Of a stretch of 61,703 nucleotides of DNA, positions 19,242-29,705 are shown in pieces. Made by a program: the position numbers and the translations under genes. Origin of the DNA: Pedosphaera sp. (lineage in GTDB: Bacteria > Verrucomicrobiota > Verrucomicrobiia > Limisphaerales > AAA164-E04); NCBI GenBank assembly GCA_002690655.1, contig NZFL01000025.1, positions 58,199-119,901 on the forward strand, in the 5' to 3' direction. The notes under the pieces are model-generated. The model saw nothing but the letters and a program-made list of their open reading frames with translations, was not told the DNA's origin and searched no databases. Every line of letters starts with the position of its first letter. The first letter of the stretch is position 1.

Positions 19242-21955
19242 TCTATAAACATGAACGCATTGCTGTTGAATAAAAAACGACATGCATTTGCCAGGCTGTG
19301 TTGGCTTGTGTATTCAGAAAAAATTAACATTTCCTCAGGGGTGGGATCCCTCAACAAAGCCTTGCGGAAAAGAGCGGTGATACTTGAGGGAACCTTCGCG
19401 TAATCTTGGTTCAGTGTCTCGGAGAGTCGTTGCCCCATATAAATCACGAATTCATCGTTCATGAGTGCCAGTGCCTGCAATGGCCCCATGGATACGGTCC
19501 GTTTTGGGGTCCAGCTGGATGCATCCGGACAATCCATCGCCTGCATGAATGGATCTGGAAGTGTGCGGAACAAAAAGCGATAGATACTGCGCCGTGTCAT
19601 TGCGGATTCGCCGGGGGCAAAGCCTTTGTAGTCGACAATGGGAGTCACATGAATGCCCGGACGCATGTTGAATTGTTTGACTGAAGGGCCTCCCATCTCG
19701 GTCGCCAGATCCTGCGATAAAGCCAGGAGTGTGTCTCGAAATGATTCAGCATCCAGGCGTCTCGGTGACATGCGCCAGTAGTATTGATTACTCGCATCGA
19801 TCTCGGCTGCTGCGTCTCTGAATGTGGCACTTTGCTGATAGGTGCTGCTTTTGAGAATAAGTCGATGAAGGTGTTTCAGCGAACCATTCGAGTCACGAAG
19901 CTCGCAGGCCAACCAGTCCAGAAGCTCAGGATGAGTGGGTGCTTGCCCGCTATGGCCCAGGTCATTGGGAGTGCCCGCCAGGGGAGATCCGAAATGATGC
20001 TGCCAGATCCGGTTTGCCATGGATCGCCAGAATAATCCGTTGCGAGGATGACTGATCCATTCTGCCAGAGTGAGTCGACGTTCGCTCTCCTGACTCAGTT
20101 CTCTCTCATTTGGATTCCATGGGATATCCTTCAGCTGTGACAAGGCACCAGGAAGCATGATTTCTCTTGGGGACTGGATGTCTCCACGTATCAGTTTGCG
20201 AACTTCGCGGGGACCCAGTGAAGGTTTGAAATTACCCGCCGAATCAAAGAATCTGGTTGCTGCATAAACCTGCGATGCAGGAGGAAGCTCATTCAACTTT
20301 TGGTTCCAATGTTCCAGAGTGGCGTGACGTGAAAGTGTGAGTTGCTGGACTCTTGTGCGCTGATCCTCTGGCGTTGAAAATGCCTTGTCGAGTTCAGCCT
20401 CAAGGAATGGTTGGATGTCCTGCCTTGCTGCATCGGTCAATGAAACTCGGCAGCGACCGATCCAGAGGGCCTCCTTGTGATAGTGCTGCAGTTCAATTTT
20501 GATCTGGCCTCCTTTCTGAATAAGTGTCTCCGGGCTTAATTCGAAAAAGCAGCGATGAGCCGTACCGGTTTGAGGGAGGATGCCCCAGGTGGTCTCGTTG
20601 TCGTTATCGATCAAATATCGAACCGAAGTGCTATGCTCACTGAAATCGTTTTGAGGCTGCTGTAATGGGACTTGAACCCAGGGGGTCGTGGGGTCGGGGC
20701 GAGTGAATACCTTGAATTCACTCAATCTGAAATTGCCGTTGGATGCCCAGCCGGGTCCTTGATTGGGGAGACGATCGTCCGGGAGCACTTCCAGTTGAAT
20801 GGCAGTAGGTTTTGTGTAAGGAGAGCTGAATGTCCAGGCAAGCAGGCCTTGATCACTCGTGGGTTTTGGGAAAAAGAGTGAGTGGTCCTTGGGCTGGAAG
20901 GAGGCTTTTGAGGCGGACTCTTCTGCGAAGTCTGGAACGCTGAAGGTCCACCGATCCAACACGCTCTGACGTGAATCATTCCAACGATCGATACGGGCCT
21001 TCGCATGCTGATTCAATAATTCACCTTCAGGGTATCTGTTCGCAAGCAAATCGGTCTTTTGAGACAACAAGGTCTGTCGTTTTTGGTGGATATCATTGTC
21101 GCGGTCAAACGGTCGATTGTTGCGATCCACTCCTGCAAATACCGCTTGTAAAGAGTAGTAGTCTTCAATGGATATCGGATCAAACTTGTGATCGTGGCAC
21201 CTTGCACAATGGACCGTGAGCCCGAGAAATGTGGACATCGTGGTCGTGATCATGTCGTCACGGTCGAGGTATTGCGCGACTTTTTTATCAAGTGTTCCAT
21301 CCTGAATGCCCATTTGTGAACTTTCATCCCAGGGCCCCGCTGCGAGAAAACCGGTGCCAATCAATGATTCAGCATTTTCTGGGCGCATCGCATCCCCTGC
21401 AATCTGTTCACGGGCAAATTGGGCATAGGGTTTGTCGTTGTTGAAGGATTGGATCAAATAGTCACGATAAGGCCAGGCATGCTCTCTCGGTGCATCCTCG
21501 TCATGCCCGTGTGTCTCAGCAAAATGGATGACGTCCATCCAGTGTCGCGCCCAGCGTTCCCCGTAATGAGGGCTTCCAAGTAACCTGTCCACCAGCTGTG
21601 CCCAACCTTTCTCCATGCCCGTTTCGTTCAACCACTCCAGATCTTCATACAGGGGAGGTAATCCCCATACATCATTGAAGACCCTTCTCAGGAGTTGGCG
21701 ATGGCTTGCTCGGGGGGAGGACTTTAATCCTTGTTGCACTTGCCTTTGATTGACGAACCAATCGATGGGGTTATTTGATTCGTTGGTGATCGATGGTTGT
21801 GGAAGAGCAGGGCGGACCAATGGTTTCAAGGACCACAAAGTTTCAGAGGCACTTATCTTGGACAATGCAATGGCGAGAAAAACGCTACCCGCGAACCACA
21901 GCTTTGAGCGATTCAAAATAAGGGTCCAGGTTTTCATGAGGTAATTGCATGTCAT
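19238..21955 (-). CDS. DUF1549/DUF1553 protein with inserted beta-sandwich (discoidin-like) domain
   Basis: YGERWARHWMDV, CARCHDHKFDP, PTHPELLDWLA, RRSIY; no N-terminal CxxCH; insert containing LIDNDNETTWGI. Confidence 0.92.
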   Translation of the reverse strand: MTCNYLMKTWTLILNRSKLWFAGSVFLAIALSKISASETLWSLKPLVRPALPQPSITNESNNPIDWFVNQRQVQQGLKSSPRASHRQLLRRVFNDVWGLPPLYEDLEWLNETGMEKGWAQLVDRLLGSPHYGERWARHWMDVIHFAETHGHDEDAPREHAWPYRDYLIQSFNNDKPYAQFAREQIAGDAMRPENAESLIGTGFLAAGPWDESSQMGIQDGTLDKKVAQYLDRDDMITTTMSTFLGLTVHCARCHDHKFDPISIEDYYSLQAVFAGVDRNNRPFDRDNDIHQKRQTLLSQKTDLLANRYPEGELLNQHAKARIDRWNDSRQSVLDRWTFSVPDFAEESASKASFQPKDHSLFFPKPTSDQGLLAWTFSSPYTKPTAIQLEVLPDDRLPNQGPGWASNGNFRLSEFKVFTRPDPTTPWVQVPLQQPQNDFSEHSTSVRYLIDNDNETTWGILPQTGTAHRCFFELSPETLIQKGGQIKIELQHYHKEALWIGRCRVSLTDAARQDIQPFLEAELDKAFSTPEDQRTRVQQLTLSRHATLEHWNQKLNELPPASQVYAATRFFDSAGNFKPSLGPREVRKLIRGDIQSPREIMLPGALSQLKDIPWNPNERELSQESERRLTLAEWISHPRNGLFWRSMANRIWQHHFGSPLAGTPNDLGHSGQAPTHPELLDWLACELRDSNGSLKHLHRLILKSSTYQQSATFRDAAAEIDASNQYYWRMSPRRLDAESFRDTLLALSQDLATEMGGPSVKQFNMRPGIHVTPIVDYKGFAPGESAMTRRSIYRFLFRTLPDPFMQAMDCPDASSWTPKRTVSMGPLQALALMNDEFVIYMGQRLSETLNQDYAKVPSSITALFRKALLRDPTPEEMLIFSEYTSQHSLANACRFLFNSNAFMFIE

Positions 21956-22190
21956 TCTATGCCGGATACGTTTCTACGCAAGTATTCTTAGTGCTGAAAA
22001 CCTGAATCTCTTTTGAATAAACCGTGGAAATGCTTTCATGGGGTGGGTTTCAAAATCTTTCGAGATTCTTCTGTGACCTATGATGAGATTTTTCATTGAA
22101 CAATACGTCCTGCGAACTTGTTTATGATTATGATGGAAAGAGGGTTGTCAGCATAGCGATTGACCTTTAATCCTTGTTATCGGAAAAGCC

Positions 22191-23576
22191 ATGAAACGAA
22201 TTTCAAATTTTATCGATGGGATCTGCCGACTAAATCGTGCGGTTTCCGCAGCAGCCCTTGTCTGTCTTTCCTTCACTTGCGTTGCCGATGTGCGAGTCGG
22301 CGTGTTCAAGGCCGATGTATCGCCGCCGATTGGAAGTCCACTCGCCTACAATCGATGCCAGGCCATTGGCATGCCGCTGTCAGCGCGTGGTATTGTCCTG
22401 ACAGGAGCTGGGGATCCGATTGTTTTGTGCGCGGTGGATTGGATCGGGATCAGCAATGAAGGACATGACTTCTGGCGTCAGTCGCTCGCCGATGCTGCTG
22501 GAACCTCCAAATCGAGAGTGACCGTGCACACCCTGCACCAGCACGACGCCCCTCGATGTGATTTCAGTGTGGAGCGCCTGATGGAACCTTTGGGGTTGGA
22601 CGGCCTGATGTTCGATCCAGCATTCGCACGTCGCGCCGTCGCACGCGTCTCTCAAGCGGCGGCGCAGGCCAAGCGAGACGCCATGGCGGTTTCCCATTTT
22701 GGTCTGGGGCAGGCGATGGTCGACCGGATCGCGTCCAATCGGCGTATTCTCGGGCCGAATGGCAAGGTCCGCGCGACGCGTTATACCGCTTGCAAAGATC
22801 CTGCTTTGCGCGCCGAACCGGAAGGCCAAATCGATCCCTTTCTGAAATCCATCAGCTTCTGGAATGGGGACTCCTTGCTGGCGGTGTTGACCTATTACGC
22901 GACGCATCCGCAAAGTTATTATCTGACGGGTAAAGCGCATCCGGATTTTCCGGGTATGGCGCGCCAGTTGCGGGAGGCCACATTGAATGGCATCCCCCAT
23001 ATCCATTTCAATGGTGCTGGTGGCGACATTGGCGCCGGCAAGTATAACGACGGTGCACCTGAGAATCGTCAGACTCTGGCCACACGATTGGCCGAGGCAA
23101 TGGCTTCCGCGCTCAAGGCGACGGTCAAACACCCGGCGTCTGATGATGCTTTTGGCTGGAAGACCTTGCCGGTCGTACTTCCCGCCGCTTCGCACTTGGA
23201 TGAAACACGATTGTTAGCTCGTCTGGGCGATTCAGCGGAAGACCCGATTGACTTGACTTATGTCGCCAAGGATTTGACGTGGCTGCGTCGCTGCCAAAAC
23301 GGCGAAGCCATTGATCTGCATTGCCTGCGTTTGGGGGAAGCTCGCGTCCTGTTCATGCCTGGAGAGCTGACCATTCCCTATCAACTTGCAGCGCAATCCA
23401 TGCGCCCTGAAACATTTGTTGCCATGGCTGCCTACGGCGACTATTCGCCAGGTTATATCTGTGCAAAATCCCAGTATGGTCAGGGCGGTTACGAAGACAG
23501 TCCCCGTGCCTCCAAGGTGGCTCCTGAAGTCGAGGATGTGCTTCTTCCCGCCATGCGGGAACTACTGGCCCGTTGA
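22191..23576 (+). CDS. secreted neutral/alkaline ceramidase-like metallo-amidohydrolase
   Basis: ADVSPPIG, PLSARGIVL, HTLHQHDAP, YYATHP, DFPG, FNGAGGDI, PGEL, GGYE pattern typical of ceramidase-N-like PVC proteins. Confidence 0.65.
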   Translation: MKRISNFIDGICRLNRAVSAAALVCLSFTCVADVRVGVFKADVSPPIGSPLAYNRCQAIGMPLSARGIVLTGAGDPIVLCAVDWIGISNEGHDFWRQSLADAAGTSKSRVTVHTLHQHDAPRCDFSVERLMEPLGLDGLMFDPAFARRAVARVSQAAAQAKRDAMAVSHFGLGQAMVDRIASNRRILGPNGKVRATRYTACKDPALRAEPEGQIDPFLKSISFWNGDSLLAVLTYYATHPQSYYLTGKAHPDFPGMARQLREATLNGIPHIHFNGAGGDIGAGKYNDGAPENRQTLATRLAEAMASALKATVKHPASDDAFGWKTLPVVLPAASHLDETRLLARLGDSAEDPIDLTYVAKDLTWLRRCQNGEAIDLHCLRLGEARVLFMPGELTIPYQLAAQSMRPETFVAMAAYGDYSPGYICAKSQYGQGGYEDSPRASKVAPEVEDVLLPAMRELLAR

Positions 23577-23697
23577 AGTGTAGGGCATGCTATTGAGCGG
23601 ATGGAATTGGGTTTTGGAAAGGTAACCGGCGCCAACGGACGCGAACCAGACATGCCACTTGCAATGATTCGGGAGGGCGGCCACCACCTTCAAGGAA

Positions 23698-26600
23698 CTA
23701 TTCCTGTGCGGTGAGTTTCAACCTGAAGAACCTTGCCGCACTGGATGCTGATTCCATCCAGGAATAGTGATGGCGACTTTCGCCTGCGGTGGGGGCTGGG
23801 GCAGTGATTGTTGCCCATGACTGAAGGTCCGTTGAATGTTCGAGGCTCCATTCAATACCTGGCAATTCGGCAACTTTCGAAAAGGTGATCTGCCACTTTG
23901 CGTTGCTTTCTTCCATGTCCCTGTCGATCTTCAAAGCGTGAGGAGATTGCATCGCCCTTGAGGGATCTGATCCGTGGAAGTATTCCAGCAGGTTGTTCAT
24001 TCCATCGAGATCTGGGTCAGCGGTCCATCCGGTGATCAGGGGCCTATCCAATGCATCTGCCGTGAAATAGTTTTCCAGCCATTTGAGATAGGGTTGGAGA
24101 GCCCCCGCAGGAAACCTGATTCCTGACTCTGACGCTGCATTCCATGCGCTTGCCAGGCCTGATTTATCGGGGCTTGAAAGCGTGAGGAATGAACCTTGAC
24201 CGTCCGGGGCTGTGGGCCAGGGTGGCTGATCTGAGTAGGTCACATCCAGAACGATTTGACCTGCGCTGTTGATTGCCGCAATGCGTTCACCGCCATTGTT
24301 CAGATTTGTGTCCTTGCGAAAAGTACCGGCAACGTTCCAGGTTGTTCCAAAACGAGATTCAAAGGCTTCTTGATTGGATGCAATGATCAAGGATTTCCCG
24401 GCGTTCAATTCAAGGATGAACGCGGAGGCATCGAATTCAAAATCGATACCTGAGATAAAACGCAGCCCTCTCAGGTCAACGGCCTGCCCAGACGGGTTAT
24501 GAAGTTCCAGGAATTCAAAGTCTCTTCGATTTTTGAAACCGGCGTCGATTTCAGAGGTGACAGGCGCCGTGGGGTGATAGTGGATTGCGGACAGTGATAT
24601 GTTTTCTGCCGTCACGGGCATGGCATCAACAATGAAATCCGCGGACAGTAGTGCGGACCATCTACCGGCTCGATTCACGCGGGCCTTGAGGGTCGAGGAT
24701 TGCGTCAATGCAAGGGGGGAGGCGTAAGTCATCACCTGATCATTCGTCGGTGCCTGTGGGTCTTCCTCGATGACACTGGCCTTGAGTATGGGCCAAATCA
24801 GGAAATCACTGCTGGTTGCCGATACATTCAATCCGTGGATTGCCAGAACATTGCTTCCTTGCTTGAGGTGTTCCAGAGAGGAAGTGACATCAAAAGATTG
24901 GAAAATGACTGCTTCAGCGTCGGAGTGGCTCGATGCCGCGGATGCGTTCCATGCGGCAGGAGTATCCGGGGTGCCGCGGGCATTGGCCCGAGCGATTTCG
25001 AATCCATTCAGGTAGGCGATGAAACCATCGTCAAAGCGCATGCTCAATTCCATGCGGTCAAATGGAATGGGATCCTCCACCTCGAACTCAACCCGCATGT
25101 AAATTGTTTCGGTATCGCTTTGGTTGACTGAATCCTGGAAATTCAGGGTGCTAGAAATCAAAGCTTCATAACCTGATCTGTTTTCGTATCCTGCACCTTT
25201 GTTTCCTATGGGCCAGTCCGAGTCATCAAAGTTCATCTGCATCCAATCGTCTTCAATACGGCTGTCTCCCGGCATCATCGCACGCTTTTCATGTGAATCG
25301 GAGGCAAGATGGAACGTCGTCTGATGAGTGTTTTGAACAGCAGGCATGGGGTCTGAACCATCCAGGGTGTAGAGGATGGAACCCTGATTTGCTGCCTCAA
25401 TTTCAATTTTGAAATCTCCCGGGATGTGCCCGCCGTGTTGGTTGAAGACGGGAGGTTCCATGAAGGGTAACCAGTTGCGCTGCTTGAATTGACTTAAAAC
25501 GATTTCGCTTCTGCGCTTGAAGAAATCATGGGTAGGTAGTTGTCGATTGGCAGCAAGGCCAAAAAGCGAGTCACGGTTTTCAATCCAATCCAGGCGAGTG
25601 TAGGGTCGACTCTTTTGATTGTCTCCCCAGCGTGCCGATTCCAGACGAATCGGAAGGTCGATGGGGTCTGTGATTTCACGATACATCAAGGCTGTCCTCT
25701 GCGGGGTCAAGACCCCGTGACGCAACTGATCATAGGCATGGTCTGCAAATCTAAAACGGTAGCCTTCATTGCGAATGAGCTGATGCTGAAGAAAGGTAGG
25801 GCCACCGCGATCGTTTCTGCCGGTGACATTGTTGCTGACGCCATGCAGTCCTTTTTCAGCATCCCAACTGTGGAAACGCCATCTTCCATCGGGATCGATG
25901 CGGTTGAATGAGGCGTACCAGTTGTGGTGTGCCCAGTCACCATTACCGATGTAATAATTCATGAGCATGTAACCAATGAAATCATCGATATCCAAAAGTG
26001 CACTCACCGCAGCGTAGTTTTCCTCGATCGACAAATCCTTTCCAGCGAGGGCATGCAATTGATTGTAATTATCCGAACTTCCCTGAAGCACGTCATTGGG
26101 ACGATGCTTGATTGAGTCATAATCCTCATTCGAACCACCCAGGTAACTGGCTGTGAAATTATCGTCCGGGCGTTCGTGGATTGTGTGGATGCCCCAGTAG
26201 ATTCCATTGATCATGACGTGTGCGTGTCTGCCGTGCGGTGAGGTTCCGCCCATGGCATTGTGGAGATTGGCGGCGTATTGATCGCGTACGTATTGTGCGC
26301 GTTCTCGCTGGCCCACAGGTTCTGCACCCCCTCCATAATGCCACACATTATTCAATCGAGCATCAATCACCAACGTGTCAAAACGGTCTGTTGCATCCTC
26401 TCCAAACACAGGGTAATTCAGATCCTGATCAAATTTCAGGCGCATGGACAACTTATCTGATTTCCAGCGCGACGGACTGCTTCCGCCGACAATCTGCAGG
26501 GTGGCGTTTTTTTGAAAACCCTGAACTTTGTTGGGAGCCTGCGGATCCGATGCAGGATTGAGCCACTCGGCGGATACCTGCTTTTCAACACTTTGTCCGG

Positions 26601-27630
26601 CAATATAGATACCTCCTCGACCAAACATTTCCTTGAAACGCATTGCGATGGAAAGGGTGGGCAGTCTCAGGAAATCTTCCTTGGTAGGTTTGATTTCAGG
26701 GTTTGCATGGGTGACGATTTCCGGATCCATCTCCCAATCCGGCCCCGCGTGCCCCCAGCGCACCGATTGATCGAATGGTTTGCCTTCGTCTCCTTGTTTC
26801 AACAGGGAGCCATGAAAGAAATAGGAGTGGGTGTCCACATTGGTGGGAGAATATGTGTCCTTGTATGCCATGGCTCGAAGCAATGTGGAATCGGTGATCT
26901 TCAACAGAGCAATGCTTGGTTCTGTCGTGTTTTCGGGGAGGACCTGTGTTCCATTGGTCGGAGAGGGGAGAGTGCCGTCGGTCGTGTAGGCGAGCGTTGC
27001 TCCGTGGGTGCCGGTCGAGATGACAAGGTCGAAGGGGGCTTCATAATAACCTCGATCCATGCTGAAACGAGTATCCTTGACGAATCCAGATACCGATTCT
27101 CCCCGGTTCCTTGTGCCGGGGCTGGGGATTAAAAAATACGCTGTCTTCATGGAACCCGCATTTCCCACATATCCATAGGATACATCCTGTTTTTGGGGCG
27201 GGAAGGGATTGAATGCGCTGAGCTCCATCCATTCGCCTTCAATGAATTGATTCAAGGAAAGGAATTCACCTTTTCGGTCCAATTCAAAATTGCAGTGCAG
27301 TGCATGCTCGGGTGAACGACGGTCCTTGCCTGAAGCAAAGACAATAAGATGCTCATTGCTATCCAAACGGATGGATGGGAGTGGCCACAGGTCAGGCAAT
27401 TGAGGGTCGTCGCTCAGGTAGAGGCCAGCAAGTGACACTGGTGACGATCCATAATTCCAGATCTCAATCCAATCCGACGTATCTCCATCTTCATCAAGCA
27501 GTCCATTCGAATTGGCAGCCATGCATTCATTGATGCGCAATGTCTGGCCTTCGAGCTCGAAGGGGTGCCAGCCGAAATGGATGCAGCACAGCGCGAGAAG
27601 TGCCGTTTTGAAATGCGGGAATGAATTCAT
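23698..27630 (-). CDS. secreted CotH-kinase / lamin-tail-domain / Fn3-like protein
   Basis: LTD (INECMAAN...DWIEIWN), YTTDGTLP, CotH motifs NGIYWGIH...ERPD, NGDWAHHNWY, SWDAE; second LTD; ATG 27630 gives a signal peptide (ORF opens at 27711). Confidence 0.88.
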   Translation of the reverse strand: MNSFPHFKTALLALCCIHFGWHPFELEGQTLRINECMAANSNGLLDEDGDTSDWIEIWNYGSSPVSLAGLYLSDDPQLPDLWPLPSIRLDSNEHLIVFASGKDRRSPEHALHCNFELDRKGEFLSLNQFIEGEWMELSAFNPFPPQKQDVSYGYVGNAGSMKTAYFLIPSPGTRNRGESVSGFVKDTRFSMDRGYYEAPFDLVISTGTHGATLAYTTDGTLPSPTNGTQVLPENTTEPSIALLKITDSTLLRAMAYKDTYSPTNVDTHSYFFHGSLLKQGDEGKPFDQSVRWGHAGPDWEMDPEIVTHANPEIKPTKEDFLRLPTLSIAMRFKEMFGRGGIYIAGQSVEKQVSAEWLNPASDPQAPNKVQGFQKNATLQIVGGSSPSRWKSDKLSMRLKFDQDLNYPVFGEDATDRFDTLVIDARLNNVWHYGGGAEPVGQRERAQYVRDQYAANLHNAMGGTSPHGRHAHVMINGIYWGIHTIHERPDDNFTASYLGGSNEDYDSIKHRPNDVLQGSSDNYNQLHALAGKDLSIEENYAAVSALLDIDDFIGYMLMNYYIGNGDWAHHNWYASFNRIDPDGRWRFHSWDAEKGLHGVSNNVTGRNDRGGPTFLQHQLIRNEGYRFRFADHAYDQLRHGVLTPQRTALMYREITDPIDLPIRLESARWGDNQKSRPYTRLDWIENRDSLFGLAANRQLPTHDFFKRRSEIVLSQFKQRNWLPFMEPPVFNQHGGHIPGDFKIEIEAANQGSILYTLDGSDPMPAVQNTHQTTFHLASDSHEKRAMMPGDSRIEDDWMQMNFDDSDWPIGNKGAGYENRSGYEALISSTLNFQDSVNQSDTETIYMRVEFEVEDPIPFDRMELSMRFDDGFIAYLNGFEIARANARGTPDTPAAWNASAASSHSDAEAVIFQSFDVTSSLEHLKQGSNVLAIHGLNVSATSSDFLIWPILKASVIEEDPQAPTNDQVMTYASPLALTQSSTLKARVNRAGRWSALLSADFIVDAMPVTAENISLSAIHYHPTAPVTSEIDAGFKNRRDFEFLELHNPSGQAVDLRGLRFISGIDFEFDASAFILELNAGKSLIIASNQEAFESRFGTTWNVAGTFRKDTNLNNGGERIAAINSAGQIVLDVTYSDQPPWPTAPDGQGSFLTLSSPDKSGLASAWNAASESGIRFPAGALQPYLKWLENYFTADALDRPLITGWTADPDLDGMNNLLEYFHGSDPSRAMQSPHALKIDRDMEESNAKWQITFSKVAELPGIEWSLEHSTDLQSWATITAPAPTAGESRHHYSWMESASSAARFFRLKLTAQE

Positions 27631-27707
27631 GACATTTGTTTGTGAACCATTTACCAGCAAAACCAATGCCAACTGAGTCAGGTTTTCTCCTGGCTCAAGA
27701 GGGTGAT

Positions 27708-28928
27708 TCAATCACCTTCCATGACCCAATCGATGCTGAACGTCGCATACTTGATGGACTTTCCTTCGCGTCCGTCAAGTCCGCTGGGTGTAAAATAACT
27801 GTAGGTGCAATGAAGGGTTCCATCCCTTGCCTGAATGATGGATGGGTAATGGAATGAGCCCCCGCCCGGCGCGCGTTTTTCCAGATGGCGTGTGTGAGTG
27901 TAGGTTTTCCCCTCATCCTCAGAAATGGAGACAGCCAGCTGATGACGCCCATCCTCGGTATCGTTGTAAATGGAAAGGAATCGTCCATCATTGATTTGCA
28001 TCAATTCCAGCCCGGCCCCCGGATTGGCGAGCTGCGGGTGATCGTACACCATCGACCAGCTGACACCTTCATCCTTGGATTCCGATACCAGCACACGGTT
28101 GGGAGGAGGACCGTTGTCCCGCATGTAGGTAACCAGTGTGCCATCCTTGCGGCGGGCAAAACTGGGTTGAATGCTTCCACCTCCAACAATGGGTTCGCTG
28201 AACTGCCACGACTGTCCCCAGTCATCGGTGATGGCCACCATCGAGAATGAAAATCCGTCGGAGTAAAGCCCCACGAGCATGCGTTCATTATCCAGAATGT
28301 AAGGATGTGCGCGCGTGAACCATCCCAGGCGGCGCGTGAGCTTGTCCTCTGCCTGCCGGAAATTGTCATGCGCCCATTCGATCATGCCGGGTGTCAATTC
28401 CTGACTGTTCAAGTAGCTGGCCGTTTTCTTTTTCACCACATCCGCAAATGCATCACCCGGTTTGACGTGCAACACTTTTTCGGTATCCCACTCAGGAGGT
28501 CCTTCTTTTTGAGTGTAACTCGAGGAGATCTTGTACTTCATGAGCGCCGATTCCCAGAGATTGGCCTGAATGGTCGGCCAGAGCAACCAGAGGCGATCCT
28601 GAGGGTCGATGATCATGCAGCAATTGGTGTCAGGGAATTCAGGGGTATCAGCCATCAAGAAAGGTTTGCTCCATGTTCTGGCCCCCTTGGGTTTGCGGGC
28701 ACCCAGGATCTTTACGTCATCCGATTTCCTTTCCCCTGATCCATGGAACCAGCAGACAATCAGGTCTCCATTGGAAGCCTCCACGATGCAGGAACCATGA
28801 TTGTGCCATGTTTCCAGAGGGAAAATAAGTTCGGCCTTGTGCTGAGTGGCGCCCTGCGCAAGCAGGCCTGTCATGGGGATCAGGCAGAAAGTCCCCGTGA
28901 GTGTGAGCAGTTGGATGAATTTCAACAT
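27708..28928 (-). CDS. BNR/Asp-box sialidase-like beta-propeller protein
   Basis: Asp-boxes TDDWGQSW, SKDEGVSW, SEDEGKTY; HNHGS, YPSIIQ; signal peptide. Confidence 0.88.
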   Translation of the reverse strand: MLKFIQLLTLTGTFCLIPMTGLLAQGATQHKAELIFPLETWHNHGSCIVEASNGDLIVCWFHGSGERKSDDVKILGARKPKGARTWSKPFLMADTPEFPDTNCCMIIDPQDRLWLLWPTIQANLWESALMKYKISSSYTQKEGPPEWDTEKVLHVKPGDAFADVVKKKTASYLNSQELTPGMIEWAHDNFRQAEDKLTRRLGWFTRAHPYILDNERMLVGLYSDGFSFSMVAITDDWGQSWQFSEPIVGGGSIQPSFARRKDGTLVTYMRDNGPPPNRVLVSESKDEGVSWSMVYDHPQLANPGAGLELMQINDGRFLSIYNDTEDGRHQLAVSISEDEGKTYTHTRHLEKRAPGGGSFHYPSIIQARDGTLHCTYSYFTPSGLDGREGKSIKYATFSIDWVMEGD

Positions 28929-29312
28929 CGGATTTATTTCAGAGGTTCAGGGTGAATAACCCTGTCATGGAACAGGGAATGGAGATTTTGATCAAGCTGT
29001 AATGTGCTGGAGAGAATGCAGACTTTTGGGTTCAGTGGCTGGATCTGAAGGTGTTTTTCAACCAGCCCCGACGTCTTTTCGGGTGAGAGATTCCTATAAT
29101 CCGTGAATGGAGCAGGTTTTTCTAGAATCGGGTTTGACCTTCTTTCTTTTCATATCCCCGGGGTCACGGTGTTTCCGGTGTATGCGGAGAGAATTTTTGA
29201 TGTCCGTTTGAAATTTAGAGAACTCCTCAATGTTTCAAGCACTATTACTCATGCAAAACGCTCACTTAATTCTGAATTCCTTTAAAGACGATCGGGAAAG
29301 CCGGTTTCGGTG

Positions 29313-29705
29313 CTAGCGTGGAGGCCTGGTTGGTTTCAGCGCAAGGCCCCAGAGAGCCCCACCTGCAGCGCCCATTATTGTGGCCATGGTGATGAATTTG
29401 ACTACGGTGATGATTGCTGCTCCGAAGACCAACCCGAGTAAGGGACAGAACAGTGTTGCGAAGGCAACAGCGATTAGACGCAGAGGATGTAGATCGGGGT
29501 ATTTCAATAACCTCGCTCCTAATAGCATCAAGAGCGCAACGAAGATGGGAACACCCGTAAGGGTCAATAAGGCAGACCACATGCTATACATGACATGATC
29601 CGTAACAGGATCCTCACCGAGCGGTATCTGAGTGGCGACAGAAAAAATAAGACCTACCAAGGTGCCGCTTATCATACCTGCAAGGGAGTTTCTGAGATGC
29701 TTCAT
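29313..29705 (-). CDS. hypothetical membrane protein
   Basis: 130 aa, about four hydrophobic segments. Confidence 0.65.
   Translation of the reverse strand: MKHLRNSLAGMISGTLVGLIFSVATQIPLGEDPVTDHVMYSMWSALLTLTGVPIFVALLMLLGARLLKYPDLHPLRLIAVAFATLFCPLLGLVFGAAIITVVKFITMATIMGAAGGALWGLALKPTRPPR

Noticed and set aside
22380-23195. 271-aa antisense ORF (and similar long shadows such as 26512-27132, 14905-15414, 56573-57190, 60975-61514)
   Set aside because: Lie opposite well-supported genes; expected antisense shadows.
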